64,000 nucleotides of DNA. It comes from Octopus vulgaris (taxonomy: Eukaryota). Positions 1 to 11,577 of the stretch are shown in pieces. The stretch's first letter is position 1; each line of letters begins with the position of its first letter. The notes below the pieces were generated by a model. The model had not been told where the DNA came from. It searched no databases and saw only the letters and a program-made list of their open reading frames with translations. The position numbers and the translations under genes were made by a program. Where the stretch lies: contig OX597815.1 in assembly GCA_951406725.2 (NCBI GenBank), positions 70,742,001 through 70,806,000 of the forward strand, in the 5' to 3' direction.

Positions 1-832
1 TCTTGGCTCCCCCACACCGAAGAAGGCCAAGCAAAGCAAGTACACCAGGAAGCTCATGATGATCCCCTTTTTCGACAGCAAAGGCATAATCTACACCCAC
101 TGGGTTCCCTTTGGCCAGAGCGTCACCAAAGAGTATTTTGTGGAGGTTTTGAGGGAGTTCGGGGAAAGATTTCCCTACAAAAGGCCAGAGCTCTACCAAT
201 CGGGTCGGTGGCATCTACACCAGGACAATACACCAGTCCACAATTCCATCCTGGTAACCAACTACTTGACAGAGATGGGCATTAAAACTGTCCCTCAACC
301 GCCCTGCAGTCCAGATCTTTCTCCCTGTGACTTTTGGTTTTTCTCCAGGCTGAAAGAGAAACTCAAAGGTAGACGTTTTGATGACATTGAGAAGATAAAG
401 GAGGCTGTGACAAAGGTCCTGGACACTTTCACTTTGGAGGACTTTCACGGAGCTTTCACCAAGTGGCTAGAGCGCTACAACAAGTGCATTGAAGTGAAAG
501 GATCCTACTTTGAAGGAGAATAATTTTGTACCTCTTTGAAACTAATAACTATCTCTTATTTCTTTATTGCCCACAAGGGGCTAAACATAGAGGGGACAGA
601 CAAAGGGATTAAGTCAATTACAACGACCCCAGTGCGTAACTGGTACTTATTTAATCGACCCAGAAAGGATGAAAGGCTAAGTCGACCTCGGCGGAATTTG
701 AACTCAGAACGTTAAGACGGACGAAATACCGCTCAGCATTTCGCCCGGCGTGCTAACGTTTCTGCCAGCTCGCCGTCTTCAACTAATAACCATCTCTTCT
801 GCAAAGGTCTCAAAACTCTTGAATGCACCTGG
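1..832 (+). mobile_element. mariner (DD34D) transposon, 3' part: catalytic domain ORF 56-523 and right TIR, interrupted by a SINE
   Basis: ORF has HLHQDNTPVH, PPCSPDLSPCDFWFF (YSPDLAP-D motif) and ends KCIEVKGSYFE*. The terminus ...GAATGCACCTGG is followed by TA at 833-834. Confidence 0.9.
558..780 (-). mobile_element. tRNA-derived SINE (octopus OK-like family) with 18-bp target-site duplication
   Basis: Minus strand begins GGCGAGCTGGCAGAAACGTTAGC (A box) with a GAGTTCAAATTCC B box. Flanked by AACTAATAACTATCTCTT (540-557) and AACTAATAACCATCTCTT (781-798). Near-identical copies at 14973 and 49231. Confidence 0.85.
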
Positions 833-850
833 TACATTGATTGAACAATC

Positions 851-1048
851 ATGTCTGACGCCACTGCACCCGCTTCTGTTGGTCCTTTTAAGGTCACTGC
901 TGGTAGAAAAGGAAAAAAACTAAGAAGGTACACGTTAAACCAAAAACTGAAGGAAGCTAAGAAAAGTGGTACCAAGAAAGCAGCCACGAAACTTATAGCC
1001 CCAAAGGAAGCCGCCAAAACACCCAAGGCCGCAGCAAAGAAAAAGTAA
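851..1048 (+). pseudogene. H1: histone H1 paralog lacking the globular domain (65-aa Lys-rich ORF, still open); pseudogene or tail-only basic protein
   Basis: Start CAATCATGTCTGACGCC-CTGCACCCGC and end AAGAAAAAGTAAACGAACTTTACA match the H1 gene at 26725. MSDATAP joins directly to ASVGPFKV (= ASGSYKL of the intact gene). Confidence 0.8.
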
Positions 1049-1118
1049 ACGAACTTTACATAAAAAAACAACAAACATTACAAAGTGACTTGTAAAATAT
1101 AATTGTATAAAATAATTC

Positions 1119-1533
1119 GGATCTTTTCGGTTTGAATGACAGTTTTTTCTAGCGGTGTCATATGAAATTGTCACCCATAATTATTACCCTAGTGTCGATC
1201 TATTGCATTTCAATCTGTTTTAGGGTTAGGGGTGGGGGGAAGGGTATATTTTTTTCTTCAGAAATGTAAATAAACCCAATCTGTTTCTTAAACGAGGGAC
1301 ATTCATACGGCACAGAATGTTTTTTTTATCTTAATAGACGTCATTGATTGGTTGAAATTGCAGAAATTAAAGAAAAAAAAAAACAAGAAATATCTTACAA
1401 ACTATAGAATTTTCTCAATAAAGCCAAGAGAAAAAGATGTTTTATAAACACATTCTACCAGTATACGAAGTTTAAAAGTGTTTAGTTATGCGGAAATTAT
1501 TTTAAAAAACTGCCGTTCAAACCGAAAAGATCC
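1119..1533. mobile_element. Merlin-like MITE inserted in the 3'UTR of the H1 paralog
   Basis: TIRs GGATCTTTTCGGTTTGAA.../...TTCAAACCGAAAAGATCC, 8-bp TSD AATAATTC (1111-1118, 1534-1541), internal TTAGGGTTAGGGG. GG termini with an 8-9 bp TSD fit the Merlin superfamily. Confidence 0.8.
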
Positions 1534-2607
1534 AATAATTCTTGTCATTAATATTTCAACCGATCATTTCCTCCGGTTTTTTCCCTCAGTATGAACTTTT
1601 ATACATTTTCATCTGTAAATATTCATTTGTCATTAATGGAGGGCGTTTGAATAATTCTTATGGAAATCGCTCTTCCAATATTCGTTTAAAAGATAAAGAT
1701 TCATTATTTCAAATTAAATTCACTTTTTTTTTTTTTGCATGCTATTCGAAACCATTTTATGTCCGTTATATATCTTTACTTTTGAGAAATCCGCACCTAG
1801 CAATTTATCTGGTTGCAGGTATATTATTTCTGTTTAATATGTTGTAGCGACATATTCAAGCTATTTCATCTGACACCAGATCTTTTTAAATGTCTGTTGT
1901 GTGTGGAACTCCACCACTGACAAATATAAACCGAATAGGCTGCAACATTTGTGGTAAAATATATAGCCTATAAATATTAATATACACAGGCAGGTGTTTA
2001 CTACAACTCTGATAATGTCTAGGATTTTGTTTGCCACCTTCCTTCTCGGGGTTCATAAGCAACTAGCCTCCTCTCACCAAAAATTGCTCTGCCACCTATA
2101 TCAGAAACAAGTGACAGATTCAGAAATGAGCAACAAAATGTAAAAGTGATGCAGCAGATAATATTCACACATAATTGACAGTTGATGAGGTCATGATTGG
2201 GTTGATACTGGGGCGGCAACATGGGGTTCTTTGGAATGTTGCTTCAGTGTACATATTCTTATAAAATGTATTGACAAGCCATTCTTTTATTTCAGGCCTT
2301 ATACGGACTTAAGCACCGAGACTGTATTGTCAATGAATTTAGCTGCTATTCGTAGAATATTTAGGCAATATAAGTACTTGCATATAATTATTTTAATCAA
2401 GTGTTTAATCTCGTGTTAGCTTCTAGTCCACCAAACACAACCCATGGGCGAAAGTATTCCACCTACGACCATCCTGACTTATTTTTCATTGGATCGAACG
2501 TGTTTTCTAATGAGGAAAAGTTGCTTTAGACACTGAAAACTATACAACTGACCCAGTTAATTCCATCAATTTTATTTTTCCCTCGCCGATTTTAGAAAAG
2601 GCGGTCA

Positions 2608-3570
2608 TTTGATCGCTCGAGTTGCTCGAAATAGCAGCCTAATCTCTGGATAAATTTCTCAACTGAAGGGTGAAGGAGTCGTCCGTTACTCACAAATCAG
2701 GGATCTTGAAAACAAGTCGCTTTTTTCATTTGCCATCCATTTCACACACTCGGCCTTATTGGAAATAGCTGGCAAAGCATCACTGGAATGACCAAACCAA
2801 AGCGAAAATAAACATGTAGAGCACAAATAATTTAACATCCAAGTAATTTAGCAAAATAAAAACGTGTAAGATCAGAAACAAAACATTTCGACTCATTTAC
2901 TTAAATGTTTTCATTACACTAATTTCTCTTCTTTAAAGATGGATAACATTTAACAGAGAAGTAAACGGTGGAATCAAGTGAACCACGGCCAGCCAACACA
3001 CAGGAAGCTGGGTCCCCACCCTCATTCCAGCATTTCCTTCTGCAATTTACTCCAAGACACCATCACCCATAGGCAAAAATACTGAACGTATGACCATCCC
3101 ATTTTGTTTTATTTGACCTTAAAATGGTCAGCTGTAGGTCAGTCGCATTTGAAAATTTGGCATTCAGATGTAATTTTCTATTTTTACGGGAGAACTGGTC
3201 AATTTAAATCTTTTCCGATACTTTGATCGCTCGACTTGCTCGAAATAGCCAAATCTCAGTGGATAAAATTCGCAACAGAAGGTCCTGGAGTCGTCTGTCA
3301 CTCACAATTCAAGGCCTTTAAATCCAAGTTGCATTTACTCCATTTAACATCTTTGCTAGAAATAGGTAAACCAGTCCTTCTCAAAGGGGATGGTCATTGG
3401 TGTAACAACCCAAAGCGGAAAGACATGTAAAGTTTCTTTTCTTAAAAAGGTTTAGTTGCTTAGTTTTTCTTTAAAAATGGATCTAACATTTAACCCAAGT
3501 AAACGGTGAAATCTGGCCCACAACCAATCAATACACAGAAGGCTGATTTTTGTTTCAGCAGTTCCATAGA
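2608..3570 (+). repeat. degenerate tandem duplication (~615 bp period)
   Basis: TTTGATCGCTCGA-TTGCTCGAAATAGC...GGAGTCGTC...AAGTAAACGGTG occurs at ~2608-3010 and ~3222-3548. A third homolog lies at ~28200-28550. Confidence 0.7.
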
Positions 3571-4852
3571 TCTTTAAGGAATGAAAGAGAAGCGTAACAA
3601 ATGGAGAATATGTAACGTTAGATAATGCGGTAAATGTGAAGAACAGCAGAATAATTTTAAAAAGGAGGGCAATATCAGGTTTACTAGAGATATCTGAAAA
3701 GAAAGTTCTCTTGTAATATATGCATACTTTTAATGTTTCGCTATTTGGAAATAAATCCAGAAATTTATTACATTAAATTTTTGCCGCAAGTTACATACGA
3801 GGGGTCTAGTCGCACCAACAATGATAGATATCGAAACTTGGCTTGCAGACAAAATACGGGTTATTTGATACTAGGTCTTTAGAAATGTGCAGACCATCAC
3901 AATAGTAGGGACTATTTTATAGATTTAGCTGGTATTCCAGCCTCGAGCAACGACTCTGTAGGCTCGACACTTTGCCTAGTACATAGCAGCTTCGCCATTG
4001 TGGTACACCTAATAAGTCGGGGGACTCGTGCCACTTCCTGGTCCTGAAGTTACTAGAAACAGCCATTGCTCCATCGTAGATTTGTATTTCAGCGATCTAG
4101 GACTAAACAATCGAAGTTGCAAGAGTAATGCAACCACCCAGTAATAAAAACAACCACAACTCATCCAGCGGCTAAAAAACAAATGTCTGAAAACGGTTGT
4201 CTCCCTTCGATCATTATGTTTTAACTCAAGTCTATCTATTTTGGCTGTCAGCTTACATTAGGTATCAATATTCCAATGGATTTAGAAAAAGAAAGTACAA
4301 ACGAGTATCCATTATGTATCAAGGGATTTTAATATATCGTATTTAAATGACATTTAGACGCCCCAAGGAAAAAATCACTGAGTCCTATCTGAAAAGAACA
4401 AAAAAAAACAACCTATTATTAAATTTATTCTTGAATATGCGCTGTTATACTATCGAATGTGGTATTACCGAACAGCGTAGATTTAGAAAAGCCGGCTTTT
4501 AAGCTTCCATACACTCACGGAAAGGAAAAGGGTACAAAAGAACCATGAGAAAATTTAATGTTTGGGCTTTGGAATCCCTATCTTCGCGTACGAAATGACA
4601 GGTAGGAAAACTAAATAATTTTGGAAACAATGAAAACCCTTCCAATTCCTCGTGAAGTATGAAACTCCGATAGTTCCGTCCATATGGTTAGATTTCAGTA
4701 ATAACAGAATAAGAGGGAAAAAAATTGGGACTTTTTTGAAAATACAACTTTATATCATGATAAAACAATAATCAGAGTGGTTAGAAAGCTCAGAAGCTGA
4801 AATTTTAAAATTTCATTAGTGCAGGTTGATTATAGAATGACCAAAATGAATA

Positions 4853-5120
4853 CCGTAAATCCTCGAATATAATACGCAGGGGATTTTTAGAGGGCTGTAC
4901 TTCTGAAGAACCTAAACCTTGTGTATAATACGCACCCCTTCTCTAACTTGAGTCGTGCGTAATTAAGGCAGCAGCACCTAGTCGAACTAAAACTTCCGCG
5001 CATGCGTAATACAATAATGGTGATGTTCTTAACTGTTATATGGGAATGTAAATATGTTTGCAAATTGTTTTTGTTACATGTTATTCTGTGTTCTGAATAC
5101 TTTTATTTTAATAAATGTTG
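4853..5120 (+). mobile_element. Tc1/pogo-type DNA transposon end
   Basis: TA followed by CCGTAAATCCTCGAATATAATACGCA, with an internal repeat GTATAATACGCA. The opposite TIR was not found. Confidence 0.4.
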
Positions 5121-5922
5121 CTTACTGCAAGTTATGGGTGATTCTTTTATGACTTCATTGCTTTCAGGCTTAGCTTAAGGTATTTTCGTGCCCGACATCA
5201 CAAAATGCGTCTGAATAAACATTGCCAGACAGCAAATAGAGACTCGGACATTGCTAAGAAATGTTTTCCGTTCTCTTTGAGCATATAGAGACAAATTTAG
5301 GTGGGGCAAAATGTGTAAGTCTGGATAAACTAAATTTGCTTTTTCTATTCCCCATTTGAAACAAAACTCATTCACGTTACTATCCACCTTAGACATCAAA
5401 AAGGCAAAAAGAAAAAAGTGTAATAAAAATATCCAGGTCAAATGAAAGAGGATCATGGAAAAATGGTACATGATATGAAATTATAAAGCTCAGCTAAATT
5501 TTAAAATTCAGCATAAAATACTTTCTATAGCTGCTTCACAATCTGCTGGATGCGTTCTCTCTGTGATATATTTATGCACATCATGCAGTTAAAAAGAAGA
5601 GAGTATTAAAATTAGTCATTTCTAATTTTGCCCCTATTTTTGGGGGGTGGGGAAACATTGGCTTAGAATCCAAAAGAGAAAACAATATTGATTGTTATAC
5701 ACCAAAACTTCAAAAATTATCCAGATGTTTTATTAGCAACCTATATTACATATTTTGTATATATATATATATATATAGGAAAAATTTTATCATCACTAAA
5801 TGTGATTGAGGGTGATGAAGCACCTATATTGCTAGAAATAAGAGTTAAAGACTCTTAATGCTGCAAGAAGAGTGCAATATATATACACTGACAGGGTGAC
5901 CACCCCATGACTGTCTCTAGAA

Positions 5923-5972
5923 TTACTAGACTAGGCTAGTTTTGCCAATTTCATTGGCATCATCAGTAGTGA
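5923..5972 (-). ncRNA. degenerate type I hammerhead ribozyme motif within a ~269-bp direct-repeat unit (Penelope pLTR / retrozyme-like)
   Basis: Minus strand: CACTA-CTGATGA-T-GCCAAT-GAA-ATTGGC-AAAA-CTAG-C-CTAG-TC-TAGTA. GAAA reads AAAA. Direct repeats at 5778-5859 and 6047-6126. Confidence 0.6.
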
Positions 5973-6352
5973 CTATTCAAACAGTTGATGCTAATGTGTA
6001 TATTAAAAATTAATATAAACAGCTAGGCATAGTATAATACCATAAAGGAAAAATTTTATTGTCACTAAATGTAACAGGTTACTGAAACACCTATATTGCT
6101 AGAAATAATAGTTAAAGACTCTTAAAGGGACAGTTATTTCCCCTGTCAGTGTATGTATATACAGTAATCCCTTGACTATCATGGGTGTTACATTTTGAAG
6201 CATCCTGGGGAAAATCCATGAAGTAGAACCAGTATTGTACTGTATATTTTTAAAAATTATATTTATAATTTGTATATGTTTTATTATTTGGAAGTTTGTG
6301 GTTATTGTCACTGCATGTCGAAATCTTAAAAAAAATTTTTAATGTATCATAT

Positions 6353-6752
6353 ACTAGCAGTATCGCCCAGCGTTGCTCGGGTTTGTAAGGGAAATAACTA
6401 TATAAACATTTTTAGAGATGTAAAGTATAATAACCATCTCAATATGGCTAACCACAAAGGGGGGTGTTACTGTAGCTTTTTACGTTCTGAGATTTAATAA
6501 TACATTTTTAGAGAGTTACTTCCCTTATATATGCCAAAAATGCATTAAAAATGGGGAAAATTGATGGTAATTTTTTTTTTTAATCGTAGACTCATCATCG
6601 ATGCGCGCTAATACCCAGAAGGGCTCGATATGAATCACGACTATAAGATACCCGGTTTTGGTTAAACTGCACCGCAAAATGTGGGAGGAGTTAGGAATCT
6701 AAATCATAGGAGACAGACAGCACACAACCTCACTTTTATATATAAAGAAGAT
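6353..6752 (-). mobile_element. non-autonomous Helitron
   Basis: Minus strand starts TCT-TATATATAAAAG and ends CCCGAGCAACGCTGGGCGATACTGCTAG (hairpin plus CTAG). Confidence 0.75.
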
Positions 6753-7325
6753 ATGTAATTTTTGACACTGAATTTGAATTTGTTATTTAATCCAGAAAAA
6801 ATTTGCGAAAATGTTACAGGCATTCAAAGTTTTATAATTTTCAGCCAACCAGTAAACAGTGCATCCGCTGCCTCTTCCTTCATCTGTTACATTAGCAAGA
6901 AAGGAGGCAGGGGTCACTGGCATGTCAAAACATTAGACTAGCTACAGTAAACAGTGAAAAACAAAAAGATTCACAAGCAAATTAAATATTTAGTAGCTAC
7001 GAACAAACCAACAGGAGTTGCTAGAAATAACAGTCAAAACATTGCTTAAAACAGACATTTATTAGTTTAAAAAAAACTCAAGAATGAAAGTTTGCAATAC
7101 ACACTTGGATTTTATAAAATAAATGATCTTTCTCATAATTCCTTCTCTACATAAATTCACAAAGATAAGTGTCAACCATGCTTTAAAGATGCCCAGGTAC
7201 TCTCAATTTATTGATTACACTCAATTTGGTGGTTACACTCCTTGTGTGCATGTGCAGCATCTTTGGTTACATGGGAAACAGTTCTTTGCAATCAGTTATG
7301 GAACATGTGGTGCTTCTTTGCTTAA

Positions 7326-10048
7326 TCCATTAGCGCTCACAATCCTTTTTTTTAGGACCAGAAGGATAATCCATCATATTTCTGCAACAGCTGTATTTTT
7401 CTGAGATATCTTTAGTTAGTCATCAAGACTGGAGTGTCTTTCAAATATTACACCTACTGTATGATGTATATTGGCAACACTTTTCAGAACAGTGTGAAAA
7501 TCTTGAGGGAAAGGATACACTCAGTTTCATGTATTATTCAATCAAAATTTTTTTGGTAAGTAGTACTTATATCCAACACATATTTGTATATAGTATAAAT
7601 AATTGTTCTAACTCTCCTATAAAGTCAAGAAAATCTTTGAAAGTAATTTTGCTCAAATATAGCATGCTCTATAAGTTTGGTCCTAATATAAGGACCATGG
7701 TCACTGGAGCTTTTTTCCATTTTCTATGGATGTTGCATAAAAGAGAAAACAGTTTGCATGGGCAAACATTTTTAAGCTGAAAATATTTTCTATGTATAGA
7801 CAACTGTGAAAAAAAAAAAATGTTATTTGTTATTTTCTTTCTTTATTATTCTTATTTTAGTTTTATTTTCAGATACTCTTCCATGGCTTTCTACCATTCA
7901 GTTCATGACATAGTAAATTATGCATCACCCAGTGATGAAAACTTGATTGATATTGTTGAAATTCTTCCACCAGTAAATGAACTAACTGATGAACAAGACT
8001 TTGATGATGAGAACAGAGATCTGACCCTTATCTTGTAGGATGTGCCAAGAAGTGTTGAGCTTCATCGGTATGATAATGAACAAGAACTAACACAACCAAA
8101 AGATAAAAAGAAAAGCTCAGATTTCTCTTGGAAAACTACTGATGGAGCAGATGATAGAATGAAATCAATGAAATATAAAGTACTTGGCAAGAGCTCAGTT
8201 GAGATTTTTGAACTTTTCCTTGATGAGGAAATTTGCAGAGAATCTGTTACTTATTCCACACAGTAAAATGTACATTATTTTAGTCTGTCAAAAAACTGCC
8301 TGAGAAATTTCATTGGAATCTTACTTTTTTCAGGATACCACAGACTACCAAGTGAATGGCATTATTGGAGTGTGTCTGAAGACCTTGAAACTCCGATTAT
8401 TCGAAAAACAATGCCAAGAAACAGATTTCTAAGCATCAAAAGGTTTCTTCATTTTGTTGGTTATGAAAATGCAGAAAACTACAAAAATGATAAAGGATTC
8501 AAAATTAAACTGCTGGCTAATGCTCTGTATCAGAAAACTAGCAATCTGGAATATTCTCTAAGAGACTGTCAGTAGATGAACAGATAGTAAGATACTATGG
8601 AAGAAGCTCTAAAAAAAATTTATAAGAAGTAAGCCAATAAGTTTTGATTTCAAGCAGTGGATGCTTTCTTGTACCACAATGGTGGCTCTTGTTTTAGAAT
8701 GGATTTATATCAAGGAAAGCAAAAAGATCCTACTTCCAATACCAAGAACAATGATATTCTAGGTTCAAAAATGGTTTTATCAATGACCAATCACCTAGAG
8801 AACCCCAATGATCATGAAATTTATGTTGATAACTTTTTCTCTAGTTATAACATATTTGTACAAATGAAATCCTCAGGAATCTGAATCATGGGTACAGTAT
8901 GTTCAAGCAGAACATCCAGGTGTCCCCTGAAGGATGAAAAATCCCTGATAAAGGGGAATTGTAAATCCTATGACTACAAATTTGAAGGAAAGGAAGAACT
9001 CTTTTTTTTTTGAAATGGCATGAGAACAGTGTTTTCACAATTGCAATATTTGTTCCTCAGCCATTTCTCATTTCTGATTATAACAAATATATGGGAGGTG
9101 TGGACCACTTAGACTGGCTTATCCAAAGGTATCGCATCTCTGTTACATCTAAGATGTGGTACTTTAGTCTATCTACAAATTTTCCACGTACTATAATGGT
9201 TAATTCTTGGATTGTACATTGTTTTGCAAATGGAAATATTGGGTTGTCCAGAAAGTTTGTGCCAATTTTTGAAGGAAAGAAAAAGGTCAATAAATACTTG
9301 CCATTACATTTTTAATCAGCCAAAGATGAACCATCTTGTTGCTCAATCTTACCTTTAACTTGAAAATACCCTCTTCCCAGAATTGAGGTGCCTGGGAGGG
9401 TAAGTCGAAAGGTAAGCTACTATAAATCGGCACAAACTTTCCGGACAACCCAATACTTTGACATTATTAGATTTCAAGAGGTCAGTTACACAAGCTTATT
9501 TGGAGTTAGATTCTGATTACAAAAATTTGGGATGGCCATAGGTATTTTCTTCAAAAGTAATACCAGAAATTGAATTTTCTACTACTGGACACGATCTTGA
9601 TAGAACAGAGGGAGGGTAACAAAGAAAATGTGCCTTTTGCAAAAAAAAAAAAAAGTTTCAAAAATGTGATGTTGGTCTTCATATGGGTGAATGTTTCAAC
9701 AAATGGCATTCAAAGTAATCTTTATTTAAATTGTTCAGAAAAAAAATTACTTTTGATTCTTTTCTTTTTTTCAAGTAATATGCATTTCATTTGAATTAAT
9801 AAATAAAGAGTGTGTTTTTTATTTTCATTTTCCTTTCTGAAATCTAGTATGCTATTTTATAAATCCTGTTTTTTGAAAAAAAGTACCCCATATGCCCATG
9901 GTCCTAAGAAAAGGACCAAACTAAAAATGAATTTTTTTCTTAGAATATTGTAATAATTTTTTTTTTTAATATTTAGTATCAAATAAAGTTGTATATAAAA
10001 AAAGATTTTTGGTAATAAATTAATGAAAAAAGTTTGGTTATGAATGGG
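7326..10048 (+). mobile_element. degenerate piggyBac transposon (PGBD2/PGBD3-like transposase, multiple stops and frameshifts)
   Basis: Motifs FIGILLFSGYHRLP, MPRNRFLSIKRFLHF, SVDEQIVRYYGR, IYVDNFFSS and YNKYMGGVDHLD across 7880-9240. Ends TTAA-TCCATT... and ...AATGGG-CTAA. Confidence 0.85.
9239..9453. mobile_element. mariner-type MITE nested in the piggyBac
   Basis: TIRs TTGGGTTGTCCAGAAAGTTTGTGCC / GGCACAAACTTTCCGGACAACCCAA with TA on both sides. Confidence 0.8.
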
Positions 10049-10145
10049 CTAAAGTGCTAACAGAACTTCACGGTGATGTGTAAAATACTTCTGATTGACT
10101 AAATACCCAAATTTTGCAAATTTTAAAGGCTAATAACTTTTTAAT

Positions 10146-10975
10146 GGATCTTTTCCTTTTGAACGGCATATGTCAACACAATTTCCAGTTAACTAAACAC
10201 TTTTAAACTTCGTATACTGGTAGAATGTGTTTATAAAACATCATTATTTCTTGGCTTTATTGAGACAATTCTATATGTTGTAACATATTTCCACTTTAAA
10301 ATCGAGCTTTTCCGCAATTTTAACCAATCAAATACGTCCATTTGGAGTCAAACATACCGTGCTGTATGAATACGTCCTCGTTTAAGAAACAGACTGGGTT
10401 TATTTACGTTTGTGAAGAAGAAAAGATACCCTTCCCCCACCCCTAACCCTAACCCTAACTCTAACTAAAACTAACCCTAAAATAGATCAATACTAGGGCC
10501 ATAATTATGGGTGACAATTTCATACGAGACCACTAGAAAAAAATCCCATTTTCCGTAGCGGTGTCGTATGAAATTGTCACCCATAATTATGGCCCTAGTA
10601 TCGATCTATTGCATTTCAATCTATTTTAGGGTTAGGTTTAGTTAGAGTTAGGGGTGGGGTTAGGGTTAGGGTTAGGTTTAGGGGTTGGGGAAGGGTATCT
10701 TTTTTTCTTCACAAATGTAAATAAACCCAATCTGTTTCTGAGGGACATATTCATACAGCACGGTATGTTTTAACTCCAAATGGACGTATTTGATTGGTTA
10801 AAATTGCCGAAAAGCTCTATTTTAAAGTGGAAATATGTTACAACATATAGAATTGTCTCAATAAAGCCAAGAAAAAATGATGTTTTATAAACATATTCTA
10901 CCAGTATACGAAGTTTAAAAGTGTTTCGTTAACTAGAAATTGTGTTGAAAACTACCGTTCAAAAGGAAAAGATCC
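10146..10975. mobile_element. 830-bp foldback Merlin-like element with telomere-like repeats in both arms
   Basis: Arms of ~390-420 bp are reverse complements with a ~20-bp spacer. GGATCTTTTCC termini, 8-bp TSD TTTTTAAT. CCCTAA-like repeats at 10441-10480 and TTAGGG-like repeats at 10626-10684. Confidence 0.9.
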
Positions 10976-11577
10976 TTTTTAATTACGAATTTAAATGAAA
11001 AATGAATTTCATTTTCATAATTAGTATACAAAACTTAATCCACATATCAAATTTGAAAACAATTGGGACAAAATTGTAAACAGTGACGATAATCACAAAG
11101 ATCCTAATTTATTCATAACCATCTCATTTTTTTTCATTATTGTATGGACTACATAATCTAATGTGTAACATGATTTTGGGTTTTGAGCTTGGAAAGACGA
11201 GATGGTTACTTTACGAAGGATCTTTTCCTTTTGAACGGCAGATTTCAACACAATTTCTAGTTAACTAAACACTTTAAAACTTCGTATACTGGTAGAATGT
11301 GTCAAAAGAAAACATTATTTTCACTTGGCTTTCTTGATAAATTTGTAATTCGTTTGTTTAACGTAGTTTAATTTTTCGAATTTTAACCAATCCTATGCTC
11401 TCTTTTGAGATAAAATCATTTGCTGCGTCTAAAACTGAGACAACATCCTGTAACTAACCCTAACCCTAATTTTTTTTTCTTAATTGTTAAATTAATTTAA
11501 TTGTTACATGTGTAAAAAAAACTAAAGCAATGGAAAATAATATAAACAATTAACATACAAAATAATTCTATAATTTT

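Larger units (their letters stand above)
835..4745 (+). repeat. old segmental duplicate of the H1 locus (paralogous to ~26703-30390)
   Basis: Collinear blocks: 1590-1680~27433-27540 (3'UTR), 2965-3048~28477-28553, 3921-3980~28962-29020, 4194-4250~29433-29490, 4565-4740~30214-30388. Confidence 0.8.

Noticed and set aside
56-523. SETMAR host gene
   Set aside because: Only the transposase C-terminus with a TIR is visible, with no SET domain. The same applies to 44562-45545.
5175-5471. 98-aa minus-strand ORF as a host exon
   Set aside because: No recognisable domain, no clear splice pair and no companion exons.
10441-10684. Telomere-fusion scar
   Set aside because: Polarity is CCCTAA...TTAGGG, the opposite of an end-to-end fusion, and the repeats lie inside a TSD-flanked element.
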